Assembly: GCA_039815185.1 (NCBI GenBank)
Contig: JBCBZT010000020.1
Location: forward strand, 64,258 to 128,257
Source of the DNA: Cyanobacteria bacterium P01_A01_bin.123
Lineage (GTDB): Bacteria; Cyanobacteriota; Cyanobacteriia; Phormidesmidales; Phormidesmidaceae
Reading direction: 5' to 3'
DNA: 64,000 nt
In this document: piece after piece, positions 11,189 to 22,045 of the stretch
Numbering within the stretch: the stretch's first letter is position 1
Layout: every line of letters starts with the position of its first letter
Made by a program: the position numbers and the translations under genes
The notes under the pieces: generated by a model
Databases searched by the model: none
The model's input: the letters and a program-made list of their open reading frames with translations, nothing else
Told to the model about the DNA's origin: nothing

Positions 11189-12301
11189 TCAAATATTCTC
11201 AGAATAAACTCTAAAATGCTGTTTCCCTATGTCAACCCAGTCATATTTTCGAGTTGAACTTATTGCTTGAGCAGACATATTTTCCCAAGATGATTGAGTG
11301 ATATTCAGAGCTCTTAGCATTGCGTTCCCTAAGTATTTTTTGTCTTCGTATAGGAATCCATTCTTAGAATTCAGAACTATTTCAGGTAATACACCTTTTG
11401 AAGGAACGACTACAGGTTTTCCCATTGAAAGAGCTAAAAGTACAGAGGCAGAATTTAAAATCTTCTTAAAAGGGAAAACTCCCCAATCAGATGCATTCAT
11501 AAAAATTTGAATGTCTTCATTACGGATAAATTTTAAGTGGGGCATAATACGTTTGTCATGCTCAGCAGACTCTTCAATTAAATTTTTGAGCTTTGTATCC
11601 GAGCAATTACCTGCAAGTAGTAGAACTATGTCTGAACGTCGAATTTCTTTAAAGGCATGCAGCAAGTCATCAATACCTTTATAAGGTCTCATTAAACCGA
11701 AGTTGAGTAAAACCTTGCAATCCAAGGGGATGTCTAATTTTTTTCGGGCTTCATCGCGGCTAATTGAGTTGGGGATAGCTCCTATAAAATTCCCCAGAGG
11801 GATCACATGAATACGTTTCCTACGGCCATAGGTTGTTTGAACCTCTTGCCGACTGTAATTACTCATAACAATTATGTCGTCACATAAACGACTGAGCCCC
11901 CAGCGAAAAATATATTCACTGATAGGAATCTTTGCCTCATGAGACAAACTATTATGCACAGTCCAAACAATCTTACAACCTAAAGACTTTAGCTTTCGAA
12001 TTTGTATCAAATTCTCAATGCTTATCTGTATTGATTTAACTCTTCTAACAAAAAAGTTTTTTGTCTTATTTCCTGAATAACAATAGTGGTGTGCCCAATG
12101 CAGATGAACCACATCAATTTTCAAACTCTGGTTTTCAATAGCTTCCGAAATTTCGCTTAGGTGAAATTCTTTTGAAGTGAATTTAAAGAATGATACTTCA
12201 GCATCATACTCTGAAATAGAATCTGCCAGCATTGAGGTGTAGTCTTGCTCAAGAGTTGCCAGCAAAATTTTTAGCTTATGGTCTGTCTGTAAATGTTCCA
12301 T
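11189..12301 (-). CDS. Glycosyltransferase family 4
   Basis: VHLHW, WTVHN, FGLMRPYKG, NSASVLLALSMGKPVV. Confidence 0.88.
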   Translation of the reverse strand: MEHLQTDHKLKILLATLEQDYTSMLADSISEYDAEVSFFKFTSKEFHLSEISEAIENQSLKIDVVHLHWAHHYCYSGNKTKNFFVRRVKSIQISIENLIQIRKLKSLGCKIVWTVHNSLSHEAKIPISEYIFRWGLSRLCDDIIVMSNYSRQEVQTTYGRRKRIHVIPLGNFIGAIPNSISRDEARKKLDIPLDCKVLLNFGLMRPYKGIDDLLHAFKEIRRSDIVLLLAGNCSDTKLKNLIEESAEHDKRIMPHLKFIRNEDIQIFMNASDWGVFPFKKILNSASVLLALSMGKPVVVPSKGVLPEIVLNSKNGFLYEDKKYLGNAMLRALNITQSSWENMSAQAISSTRKYDWVDIGKQHFRVYSENI

Positions 12302-12376
12302 GATTCAAAGCTAGAAAGTTGGGCTATCAAACTATGAATGACAGTATTTCTGTGAGAAATCCTATAATAGATGTAA

Positions 12377-13111
12377 CTAATTGATAAAACCTTTAAACGC
12401 ATTTCTCACTGTCCGAATTGGCCCCAAAGGCAGAGTTAGTAATAATGATTTATCTAATTTGCTAGGATTGAGATTGCTAGAACTGTAAAGTTGCCAACCC
12501 AAAGTAGGTGTTGCAATCAACGTCCTCACATCAGGATTTCTTCGGCGAAATTCATTCATATAGCCATCAAAATACATCGGACCACAATCTGGATGATTTC
12601 TTGGTCTGTCGAAAGTACTTTCCATAAAATTCACCAGCCTTTGAGTTACTCTCTGGTGACAAGCCCAAAAGTGAGTTTGCCGAATATTTTGAGTAGGATC
12701 CACTAAGGAAAAAAGATGTTCAAATTCCTTGAGAGGTGATATCTTCTGATTGTCTAAATAAAGCTGATAACCAAAATAGACAAAGTCCCAGTCAAGGCTG
12801 TTAAGCTGCTCTAATACTTTTGTCTCTGAGCAAATAAGCCTTCGGCTAAAGACACAGTCTTCCTGCAACATCAATAAATGCTTAACTTTATTTTTAGCAG
12901 CTTGAGAAAGAATCTCATAATTACTCATGGCACACCCCCGGACGCTTGCCTTAGGAAATTCTCCAGGCTCTTTGAACTTCAAACCTGGAAACCATTGTGC
13001 TTTATCCCCTAAGTCCAGCCTTTTAATTTGCTTTCTAATGCTGCTTAGCCGATCTTTCCTTTCTGGCAAGTAAACGATGGAGATTTGATCAAAGAAGTCA
13101 CTGAATCTCAT
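12377..13111 (-). CDS. Glycosyltransferase family 25-like protein
   Basis: YLPERKDR, GCAMSN, LMLQEDCVF, WDFVYFGY. Confidence 0.75.
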   Translation of the reverse strand: MRFSDFFDQISIVYLPERKDRLSSIRKQIKRLDLGDKAQWFPGLKFKEPGEFPKASVRGCAMSNYEILSQAAKNKVKHLLMLQEDCVFSRRLICSETKVLEQLNSLDWDFVYFGYQLYLDNQKISPLKEFEHLFSLVDPTQNIRQTHFWACHQRVTQRLVNFMESTFDRPRNHPDCGPMYFDGYMNEFRRRNPDVRTLIATPTLGWQLYSSSNLNPSKLDKSLLLTLPLGPIRTVRNAFKGFIN

Positions 13112-13233
13112 ATGACTGTATTCCTTCGATTTGCAGTAATAGGTTTACTTTCTATGGGCAATACTTTTTTGTTGGTGAGATATGCTCATATAAATTGCTT
13201 GCTGACAATAGCTGAACAGCTTGAATATAGTTT

Positions 13234-15027
13234 TTATTGAAAAACAACATCCTGATATTTGCCAGACCGGGCAATCTGTCCCTTATCCAAGACATAAATC
13301 CGATCGCAATGCTCAATTGTGGTTAAACGGTGAGCAATAATAATAAGCGTTTTGGATCCAGCCAGAGCTTTAATAGACTCACTGATCAACTGCTCTGTCT
13401 CATTATCCAGGGCTGAGGTAGCTTCATCTAGAACTAAAATTTCTCGCTGATGATATAAAGCACGAGCAATGCCAATGCGCTGTCGCTGCCCGCCAGATAG
13501 ACGTACCCCTCGTTCACCAACTGAAGTTTTTATTCCATCGGGCAACTCCTGAATTAGTTCCTCTAATTGTGCTGCCTTAATGGCATACCAAAGCTGATCT
13601 AAATCAATATTCTTGTCTGGCATACCAAAGGCAATATTGCGCTCTATCGTGTCATCTAGCAAGAAAATTGACTGAGGGATGTATCCTACTAGATTTTTCC
13701 ACCCGTCTAAATTCTCATAGATCGATAGATCATCAACAAGAATATCGCCACCTTCCGGCTTGAGCAAAGCTAGAAGCACATCTACCAATGTAGTTTTCCC
13801 AGCACCAGACTTACCAATGAGCCCGATAGATTCTCCCTGTCGAATAGTTAGTGAGATTCTATCTAAGGAAACTGTTTGTGCAGTTGGGTAACGATAAATA
13901 ATATCCTTTAGCTCTAGTTGACGATGAAAAGTTAATGCTGGAACATTTGGATACAACTGCCCAGCGGACTTTGATATGATAGATTTTGCTAAAGAATGGA
14001 CTCTCAATCTTTGACTCTCAATTTCTTTGAGATCGAGGTAAAGGATATCGAGGGTATATGCAGAATTTCGAAGCTTGTTAAGAGATTGAGTGATCTGACT
14101 TGTTGCTGGAACAAGACGAAAAGAAGCAACAGCAAATATTCCTATTGTTGAGACAGCAGATTGGAAATCCTGTCCCAGAATGAATTTTGAGAGACAAATA
14201 AATCCAATAATAACGATTACTAGTAGAGTTTCTATCAATATGCGTGGGATAGCCTGTGAGGTTCGAAACAATGTCTCTAGACGAGCTTCCTGATTAACGT
14301 TTTTGCTAAGCTCTATTTGAAAATAGTCTTCGCATCCGATAATGCGAGTTTCTTTAAGCCCTCCCAAACCCTGACCGACAGTTTTTACAGTTTGTGCCCT
14401 AAGCAAGCTGGCTAGCTGACCCCATCTTTTTATATATTTACTTAGTAAATGAAAGACCAAGAAGACAGGGGCCAGTATTCCAAGTGTAAACAAAAATAGG
14501 ATTCTGTCAGCATTGGCCATCAGTCCAACTAGAACAATAACAACAATAGATTTAGAGCAGAGCTCTACTATCGGCAAAGAAATTAGATTGGCAAACCGGA
14601 AACACTCAGCTGTTATTTTATTTATGAAATCAGCCGTATTCCGACTCAAATGGAATTCATATGGAGCTAGTAGATAAGCTTGAAAGAGTCTTTTTTGAAC
14701 TGCTGCCCGCTGAGTGAAAATCACTTTAATTGTATATGCCTTGCCAGCAAGAGAGCCAATTGACTTAACAATGAAAATAATTACAATAGACACGCCTGTA
14801 AAGATGACGAAATCGTCGGCGTTTTGAAAATTTAAATATTTGTATAGAGCAGCAAAAAATGAGCTGTTATTAAGTGAATTCGGATCATTCGCCAACTCCA
14901 TAAACGATCCAATCATGCCAATGCCAAAAGCTTCCAAGACGGAAACAGTCAGAAAAACGCCAAGGAGGATTAAGAGTTGCTTTCGGTGTCCTGAGAAAAC
15001 GTATAGAAACTTTTTTAGATAACCCAT
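13234..15027 (-). CDS. ABC exporter, fused permease plus ATPase (HepA/PglK-like)
   Basis: N-terminal transmembrane domain, Walker A GKSGAGKT, LSGGQRQR signature, LVLDEATS. Confidence 0.92.
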   Translation of the reverse strand: MGYLKKFLYVFSGHRKQLLILLGVFLTVSVLEAFGIGMIGSFMELANDPNSLNNSSFFAALYKYLNFQNADDFVIFTGVSIVIIFIVKSIGSLAGKAYTIKVIFTQRAAVQKRLFQAYLLAPYEFHLSRNTADFINKITAECFRFANLISLPIVELCSKSIVVIVLVGLMANADRILFLFTLGILAPVFLVFHLLSKYIKRWGQLASLLRAQTVKTVGQGLGGLKETRIIGCEDYFQIELSKNVNQEARLETLFRTSQAIPRILIETLLVIVIIGFICLSKFILGQDFQSAVSTIGIFAVASFRLVPATSQITQSLNKLRNSAYTLDILYLDLKEIESQRLRVHSLAKSIISKSAGQLYPNVPALTFHRQLELKDIIYRYPTAQTVSLDRISLTIRQGESIGLIGKSGAGKTTLVDVLLALLKPEGGDILVDDLSIYENLDGWKNLVGYIPQSIFLLDDTIERNIAFGMPDKNIDLDQLWYAIKAAQLEELIQELPDGIKTSVGERGVRLSGGQRQRIGIARALYHQREILVLDEATSALDNETEQLISESIKALAGSKTLIIIAHRLTTIEHCDRIYVLDKGQIARSGKYQDVVFQ

Positions 15028-15104
15028 CCTACATCCTTTTTTAGGTAAACTTAATTCTCCTTAGGCACTCGGATAATATCCGTCTAACTTGTTTGTAGAC
15101 AGAT

Positions 15105-16370
15105 TTAAACAAGCATGGGTTCCCTGTCTTGTGTAGAGTCATCACCTATTTTTTGAGTTGTGGTTAACCAGGTCAGCAACTCGTGAAGCGAGTTAGTGAT
15201 GTTGAAATCTCTCTCAACTTTCTTGCGGCCTGCTACACCTAGTAAGTTACGATGCTCGGCATCTAACATAAGCGTTGAAATTGCTGTTGCTAATGCACCA
15301 CTATCTCCTGGAGACACTAAGTATCCATTCTTGCTAGATTCTACGAGCTCAGAAATTCCGGCAATTTGTGTGGCAATAACAGGGACACCTGTTGCCATCG
15401 CCTCCATTAAAACAACGGGAATGCCTTCTGCAAAACTTGGAAGCACAAAAATATCGGTGCCCCTTAAATACTTTCGTACCGCAATTTGGGACTGATATCC
15501 GACAAAGTCGACATGGTTTTTTAGCCCCATCTTAACGGCTAATTCCTCTAGGAAAGAGCGATCAGCCCCATCTCCAACTACGGTCAGGATTAGCTCTGGA
15601 TGCTGAGGCAAGAGCTGGCGCAAACTCTCCAGCAAAATAGGTAATCCTTTTTCAACTGCCAGTCGTCCCACATAGAGGAGTCGATTTCCATGACCCTGAT
15701 GAGTGACAGGTTCAAATAAGTCTAATTCTATGCCACATCGCACGATTGGCATTTTCTCCCAGTGCTCTGGTGAAGAGAATATCATGCCCTGACTACGACA
15801 AAAATAGCTAATGCATGCAACGAAATTAGCCCGTTTAATTTTCTCATCTAGTCGCCAACGTTTGGGCTCAAAAAAAATATGAGGGCCATGCATGGTAAAG
15901 CTAAATGTCACCTTTCCTAGGACAGCGGCTAGCATTACTACAGTGCAGCTTGAACTAGCAATATGATTATGAATGTGGGAAATCCCTTCCTCTTCGAGTA
16001 ATTGGGCTAGCAGGCCAGCTTCTAAAAAGTAGAAAATTTGGTAGATAAAACCCTTAATTCCAGGCTGGGACGTGCGGAGGGCCAATTGAAAAGCTTGAAT
16101 ATAGTTTACTGGAAATTTAATCAGTAATTGAAGATGACTCGACAGCAGCTTCAATAGATTAGGCGGCAGTAGATAGGTTGTTTTCTCATGTTCTGCCCGT
16201 TGTTCTGTCCCTACCAGATGTGCAACATCTGGCTTTCGAGCCGAAAAGGTCTTTACCTCAAGTTCCAGGTTACGGAGACCCATTACTTCTCTTTGAATAA
16301 ACGTGTCTGTAGCCCTAGGATATTCTCCAGTAAAGTAGGCAATTTTCATGGTTTGACAGCCTCTACTCAA
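15105..16370 (-). CDS. Glycosyltransferase family 4 (WcaL-like)
   Basis: YPRATDTFIQRE, VGRLAVEKG, EGIPVVLMEAMA. Probable start is the ATG at 16349. Confidence 0.9.
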   Translation of the reverse strand: MSRGCQTMKIAYFTGEYPRATDTFIQREVMGLRNLELEVKTFSARKPDVAHLVGTEQRAEHEKTTYLLPPNLLKLLSSHLQLLIKFPVNYIQAFQLALRTSQPGIKGFIYQIFYFLEAGLLAQLLEEEGISHIHNHIASSSCTVVMLAAVLGKVTFSFTMHGPHIFFEPKRWRLDEKIKRANFVACISYFCRSQGMIFSSPEHWEKMPIVRCGIELDLFEPVTHQGHGNRLLYVGRLAVEKGLPILLESLRQLLPQHPELILTVVGDGADRSFLEELAVKMGLKNHVDFVGYQSQIAVRKYLRGTDIFVLPSFAEGIPVVLMEAMATGVPVIATQIAGISELVESSKNGYLVSPGDSGALATAISTLMLDAEHRNLLGVAGRKKVERDFNITNSLHELLTWLTTTQKIGDDSTQDREPMLV

Positions 16371-16383
16371 TCAGCAATAGCCT

Positions 16384-17409
16384 CTAATTTTTCGCCTCTG
16401 AGACGACTAACAACTTTTGGGAACTGTAGCTCCTCTGCAAAGCCTCCTCCAGAGAATATTGAGGAGCCCAACCTAATATTTTCTTAGCCTGTTGGTTGGA
16501 AAATCGCAGGGGTTTAAAGCGAGCATAAAGTTGAGCGGGTACCAGAATGCCCGGCAACTTTGCTTCTCCATGCAACAGCCTTTGACGCACAAACCAACCC
16601 AGCGTGGCCATCAACTGCATGAGCGTCCAGCTCATTGGAATCAGCTTGGGGGGTGTTTTCTCATGCTTTAGCAGGGCCTGCACATATTGGTTTTGACGCG
16701 GTGGGTTGTCATCCACAATATTAATAGTCTGACCAGTTGCTTCAGGACGACTTGCTGCCAGCACAATGGCCTCAGCACAGTTCTCAACATAGGTCATCGG
16801 CATCGGTGCACGGCGGCCAATGCGTAGCCAGCGGTTCTCTCCCAACTCAGCGCCTAGTAGGGCATGCCATAGACACTCGCGACCATAGATCATTCCTGGT
16901 CTGATGATCGTAACGGAAATGCCAGACTCTCTTTCAAAAGCTCTAATCATTTCCTCTTGAATGAGCTTAGTCTGGGCATAGCCATCTCGATTTTCCGGTG
17001 CTTCTTCAATCGGGGCACTTTCATCAAGAAGACTATAAGGAGACATTTTTAGATAGTCATAGACTGAAAAAGTGCTGATGGCAACTAATCGTTTGACGTT
17101 ACGATTGACTACGGCATTAAGCAGATTCTCAGTTCCAATGACTGTACCCGCAAATCGATCGTAGAAATCTCCCCCCTTAGTCGCTGCCAGATGGAGCACG
17201 GTATCAACTCCCTCCAGCGCTTCTGAGATACCCCGTGATTGTCTCAAATCAAGGCGAGCGAATTTAACTCGGGGATGTTGATGCCAAGCTAATCGAGTTT
17301 CATCAGTTGTAGGGCGGATGACAGCCTGCACCTCGTGCCCTGCTTTAAGGGCTGCGGCAACAACATATTGCCCCAGGAAACCGGATGCACCGGTAATAAA
17401 CAGGTTCAT
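16384..17409 (-). CDS. NAD-dependent epimerase/dehydratase
   Basis: ITGASGFLG Rossmann motif and YAQTK (YxxxK). Confidence 0.9.
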   Translation of the reverse strand: MNLFITGASGFLGQYVVAAALKAGHEVQAVIRPTTDETRLAWHQHPRVKFARLDLRQSRGISEALEGVDTVLHLAATKGGDFYDRFAGTVIGTENLLNAVVNRNVKRLVAISTFSVYDYLKMSPYSLLDESAPIEEAPENRDGYAQTKLIQEEMIRAFERESGISVTIIRPGMIYGRECLWHALLGAELGENRWLRIGRRAPMPMTYVENCAEAIVLAASRPEATGQTINIVDDNPPRQNQYVQALLKHEKTPPKLIPMSWTLMQLMATLGWFVRQRLLHGEAKLPGILVPAQLYARFKPLRFSNQQAKKILGWAPQYSLEEALQRSYSSQKLLVVSEAKN

Positions 17410-18479
17410 AGACGATTCTCCTCAGCTAACAGAGCATCAATTAAGCGCAGAGAACGTTCCATTTGCTCGAACCCAATTGGAGGGTCTTCGTTCTTTAGAA
17501 GCGCTACGTAGGTTTTATCCAACAAACAATGAAGCCCTTCATAAGGGGTTTTCTGCATAATTTTTCGGTAAAAATTGCGAATACTTGCTACTGTCAGTGT
17601 CTTTCCATTCAGGAAATGGTTCACTAAGGGAGACAGTTGTTTACCTCCGGTCCGAGGAATAACCGTTCGTAAGTAGGGTTGGAATAAATCAGTCTCAGCA
17701 TAGCCGCGATCGCCTCTAACGAAAATGAAAAAGCATTCGGGTTGAGTGTAGGCACTGAAACGCAGGCGTATGTGGGTTTGCCCACCAATTACAAGCGCAT
17801 CTAAGTCATCATACTTAAATAGATCGCCCCCGCCATGGTTACTCCAAGCTGCACTAACACGATCAACGCTGGGTAAATAAGGCAAGGCTAGGTAGACAAG
17901 ATGGGTCAAGACGTCATGGATAACCCCAGCTGGCAATCGATGTACAGGGCTGGGAAGGTTTTCATCAGCAAAGCGTCCACCCTCTCTGACATTGAGGGCC
18001 ATACGAATTTCTACGTCTTGAATATTGCCTAAAACCCCTTGATTTACAAGGTCTTGAATGGCTAGTACAGGTTCATTAAATAGATAGTTGTGATCTTCAA
18101 TCAAATGCCGATTGCAGCTCTGCGCCACCTCCCAAAGATCTTTGAATTCTGTCAGGGTAGGTGTGATGGGCTTTTCACAAAAAACGTGTGCACCTGCCTT
18201 CAGACAATCGGTAGCAATCATCTTATGGGTATGGGGAGGCGTCAAGATATGAACAATATCTGGCTTCGTCTCTGATAAAAGTTCTTGGTAGTTAGTGTAC
18301 GCCTTAGCCGCACCAAACTGTCTAGCCGCATAGGTCGCGGCAGCGTTGGATAAATCGCACACACCAACTAAATTTACTAAGGGACTTTTTGCTAGGAAAG
18401 ATAAGTGCTCCTTAGAAATAGCACCAGTGCCAATTACAGCAGCCTTCAGCATAGAGATCATTGAGATACTAGACTCCAA
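17406..18479 (-). CDS. Gfo/Idh/MocA-family oxidoreductase
   Basis: VIGTGAIS, TPPHTH, HVFCEKP. Overlaps the next gene by 4 bp. Confidence 0.9.
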   Translation of the reverse strand: MESSISMISMLKAAVIGTGAISKEHLSFLAKSPLVNLVGVCDLSNAAATYAARQFGAAKAYTNYQELLSETKPDIVHILTPPHTHKMIATDCLKAGAHVFCEKPITPTLTEFKDLWEVAQSCNRHLIEDHNYLFNEPVLAIQDLVNQGVLGNIQDVEIRMALNVREGGRFADENLPSPVHRLPAGVIHDVLTHLVYLALPYLPSVDRVSAAWSNHGGGDLFKYDDLDALVIGGQTHIRLRFSAYTQPECFFIFVRGDRGYAETDLFQPYLRTVIPRTGGKQLSPLVNHFLNGKTLTVASIRNFYRKIMQKTPYEGLHCLLDKTYVALLKNEDPPIGFEQMERSLRLIDALLAEENRL

Positions 18480-18514
18480 AGCTTCTTAAGGATTTTAATG
18501 AACACCAATATTAG

Positions 18515-19537
18515 TTAAGTAGAAGGGGACTCAGAGGGAGCTCCTTTATATTCAATCAGTATGGCCTGCTTACCTCTAAGACGATTGAGCCAATACCTAA
18601 CTTGTCCCACCATTTGAGGAATTTTAGAGACTGCACAGTAAAAAGCATATAGAAAGGCATCGTAACGAGTATTCTCATAGAATTGACGGCGATAACGATA
18701 AATTTTCCATCCGAGAATTCCGTAACTTCCCAGCAATATTAGGCTAAGACCGTGAGTAAGTGGAATAAGTGCCAAAGGTAGAATTGGTATTAGCAGCCCC
18801 CAAAGCCATCCACTTTTATATTCTTTGACCATGTAGCTTTGGGGAGGGGTTCCATAGAGAACATAGCCCTCTGCTATTGCCCAGCCACCTCGCACAGATC
18901 GCTTCCACCATTGACCAAATCGGGACATAGCAGCGTCGTGGAGCGTCATATCGGCATCAATACGCCAGATGCGCCATCCTTTCTCTCTTAAGCGGATACA
19001 CATTTCTGGTTCTTCACCAGCGATCAAAGTGGGATTGTATCCACTAACCTGTTTTAGGGCTGCTACCCGCATGAGTGCATCTCCTCCGCAGGCTTTTGCT
19101 TCTCCAACTGGGGTGTTCCATTCCATATCTGCTAGACGGTTGTAGGGAGAGGCTTCAGGAAACTTTTCTCGTCGCCGTCCACAAACCACTGCTAGAGTCT
19201 TGTCCTGGATAATGCATGCTAGTGCCTTATCCAACCAGCCTGCTAGTAACTCACAGTCACCATCGATAAACTGCACATAATCTAAATCTGGGTAATGGGT
19301 CATCAGGTACTCGAACCCAGCATTGCGGCCTCGAGCCATAGTAAAGGGAACAGACATATCCAGATTGACAACTTTGACCCCTAGATTCTCAGCAGTCTCA
19401 ATGCTGCCATCAGTCGACCCAGAATCTACGTACACGATGGGCATGGATGGGGGTAACTGAGCTTGCAATGATTTCAGGCATCGGATGAGGCGTTCTCCTT
19501 CATTACGTCCAATGGCTACTACTCCGATGTCATACAT
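18515..19537 (-). CDS. Glycosyltransferase family 2
   Basis: IGRNEG, YVDSGSTDGS, QFIDGDC, AGEEPE. Confidence 0.9.
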   Translation of the reverse strand: MYDIGVVAIGRNEGERLIRCLKSLQAQLPPSMPIVYVDSGSTDGSIETAENLGVKVVNLDMSVPFTMARGRNAGFEYLMTHYPDLDYVQFIDGDCELLAGWLDKALACIIQDKTLAVVCGRRREKFPEASPYNRLADMEWNTPVGEAKACGGDALMRVAALKQVSGYNPTLIAGEEPEMCIRLREKGWRIWRIDADMTLHDAAMSRFGQWWKRSVRGGWAIAEGYVLYGTPPQSYMVKEYKSGWLWGLLIPILPLALIPLTHGLSLILLGSYGILGWKIYRYRRQFYENTRYDAFLYAFYCAVSKIPQMVGQVRYWLNRLRGKQAILIEYKGAPSESPST

Positions 19538-19575
19538 CTTTATGCCTGCTCCCTAGATAAGAATATTTCATGAAT

Positions 19576-20676
19576 CTATGTTCTCTTTAAAGCGGAACTC
19601 CAGCTAGTTGCAGGACGTTCTATAAGCCACCAAAATGAGAATGCTACTAAAGTACATGAGACTACGCCTAGGGCTAATGACAAAGTGCTGCCAAAAGGGG
19701 ATTCCCCAAATATTTTATAACCAAAGAAGAAGGCAGCCGTCAGTACAGGGGAATGCGTCAGATAGAGACTATAAGATATCTTTCCAGAGAACAAGTTTAT
19801 AGGGTAATTCAACCAATTTCCTAGATTATTTGTGATGGCAGCCACATAGATAAAGAACGCCGACAGAGCAAGCATTAGGCTAAACATATCACTAGCGGCA
19901 ATAGCGAATCCCATTGCTATCATCAGATAGGCCATGAGAACATACTTATTGATTTTCTTTGCCCAACACCAGTAAACTAAAATCCCGGCAAAAAATGCAG
20001 ATAAGTAGGGCAGAAAAGTTATAGGCCTTTCTCCACCGTTGAAACGATCAATCGAAAAGATAAAAGCAATAATAGAAACTAATAGAATAGTTATGTTCAG
20101 GAATTTTTTTTGATTTAAGGAACTAATTCTATTTTCAGAAAACCACAAGAAGAGATAGATAAAGACATAAAACTGCATTTCAACGCACAAAGTCCAGTAA
20201 ACTTCACTGATATGCTCAAAACCAAGGATTTTTTGCACATATAAGAGATGCCCAAATACATTAAGCGCTGACGGAATGAATAAAGGATCTCCCTTAACAA
20301 GGGTTCCAAAGAAAGCGATCAGAACCACAAAAGCTATAGAGGCATAGTAAGGTGGATTTAATCTTACGATTCTTCGTAAGATGAAATTTCTAAAGCCCAA
20401 AAATCCAAACTCTGCTTTCCGTAAGGAGTAAGCAATAACAAATCCACTCAGTACAAAAAATATAGGTACACCAAGGTTTCCTTTTGAGAATATAGGGATA
20501 AATAACCATGCTGGGAGAACTTCTTTTAAGGGATCGATCGATGGTTTGGTATGATACAAAACCACCCAAAAGGCAGCTAGTCCTCGTAAGGAATCAAGAA
20601 AATGAAAGTGCTGTTTCGACACAGCCTTTGGGAAAGTCTCCTCAATCGATAATTGTTCATTGACTTCGCTGCTCAT
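19576..20676 (-). CDS. Acyltransferase family 3 (OafA-like)
   Basis: LDSLRGLAA, FFVLSGFVI, WTLCVEMQFY, GKISYSLYLTH, WLIERP. Confidence 0.92.
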   Translation of the reverse strand: MSSEVNEQLSIEETFPKAVSKQHFHFLDSLRGLAAFWVVLYHTKPSIDPLKEVLPAWLFIPIFSKGNLGVPIFFVLSGFVIAYSLRKAEFGFLGFRNFILRRIVRLNPPYYASIAFVVLIAFFGTLVKGDPLFIPSALNVFGHLLYVQKILGFEHISEVYWTLCVEMQFYVFIYLFLWFSENRISSLNQKKFLNITILLVSIIAFIFSIDRFNGGERPITFLPYLSAFFAGILVYWCWAKKINKYVLMAYLMIAMGFAIAASDMFSLMLALSAFFIYVAAITNNLGNWLNYPINLFSGKISYSLYLTHSPVLTAAFFFGYKIFGESPFGSTLSLALGVVSCTLVAFSFWWLIERPATSWSSALKRT

Positions 20677-21021
20677 AAGCTTTATCCAATTCGAAGATTC
20701 TTACCAAAGGGCTTCCAAGTCTTCCGTTTCCAAAGAGTCATTCTCTCAGAGATACGCAACTAAAAATGCTATCGGCATTTTTAGTATCAATAGATCTCAG
20801 ACGTACAGCACCATCTACTTAAAAGTCTTACTACGATACTTAACAAAAATCCGGATATTTTGAAGCAGAGTTGGAGTGATAGTTCCTAATCTCATCGAGT
20901 GCATAGCATCTTCTAGTCTACTGAGACACAGCTAACCTTATGCTAGAGCTTTGCTCCTGAAGATAGACTGCACGTGATCGAGAACGCTATGAATAAAACA
21001 TACAACGGCGTGTTATGACAC

Positions 21022-21918
21022 TTACTTACTATTGGGTGTTATGGCACTCCATCCAGTAAATCCCACTGAACTAGTATCAACGACTTCCTTAAAAGCTTTG
21101 CAAGTCAACTCTAGTCCTAACCATTGACCCAAGATAGATAGATCTTTATCAAACAATTGCTCCAAATATTGCTGACTCTCAGTCGTTAGTTGAGGACGCT
21201 GGCTCATTTGCCAAAATCCCCTGACCCAAGTACGAACCTTTTTAGGAACAAGTGTTCGGCGCAAAAAACAAAGTACAGGCTGTTCTACAAGCGCATCACG
21301 CCATGCGCTCTCTCGCAACCGCTCAGCAGAAGCATGTTGATGGCCTGTAAATTCTTGCCACTGTGGTTTTGCTTCATAGCCAATGAACCGACAAACCCGT
21401 TCAAGTTCTCGTTGCGGGTGATGTCGCAAGTTTTCTGAAAATATTGGTAAAACCTTGTTAGAACCGAATGCTTCCAGGTAAGGGCGGATTTGCATACTGT
21501 ATTGACTATATTGAGTCAGAGATTGAAATGTCTTGATGGCCGCATTAATATCTCTTGAAACTGTCCGTTGTGACCATTCATGAATATATTGAGATACTAG
21601 TCGTTCAATTGGATGACGCATAACATAAACGAACTTAGCGTCTGGCGCATGCTGTTTGATTCGGTCTAGCGTATTAGGGTAGGTCGGAATCTTCGTGTAG
21701 TGAGTACTGGATTCGCCACACAAATCTCCTTGCACAGCAGCTTTGAACAGTGAGCGGTACCACTCTAGACCTTTGTTGTATTGCTCATCATCGCTGAAGA
21801 AATTAGGTTCCTTGGGCTCGCTCATGAAAATGCCAGGTTGCTGGGCCAACTGATCGTGCAGTGTAGTTGTTGCGCACTTCATTGCACCAATAATCATAAA
21901 ATCCGGTTTGTTCGTCAT
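21022..21918 (-). CDS. Sulfotransferase (heparan-sulfate sulfotransferase-like motifs)
   Basis: PDFMIIGAMKCATTTL, KEPNFF, GESSTHY, MRHPIERLVSQY. Confidence 0.92.
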   Translation of the reverse strand: MTNKPDFMIIGAMKCATTTLHDQLAQQPGIFMSEPKEPNFFSDDEQYNKGLEWYRSLFKAAVQGDLCGESSTHYTKIPTYPNTLDRIKQHAPDAKFVYVMRHPIERLVSQYIHEWSQRTVSRDINAAIKTFQSLTQYSQYSMQIRPYLEAFGSNKVLPIFSENLRHHPQRELERVCRFIGYEAKPQWQEFTGHQHASAERLRESAWRDALVEQPVLCFLRRTLVPKKVRTWVRGFWQMSQRPQLTTESQQYLEQLFDKDLSILGQWLGLELTCKAFKEVVDTSSVGFTGWSAITPNSK

Positions 21919-22045
21919 TCTTGATTGAATTCGAATAATTGATAGTGATCAGACAATAATACTTGAGGGAATCAATTCAAGATAGTTGTCCGCTTAAACA
22001 TTGGAAAGGATTGCCCCCATTCAAGACTTAGCACTAGCATATTCA

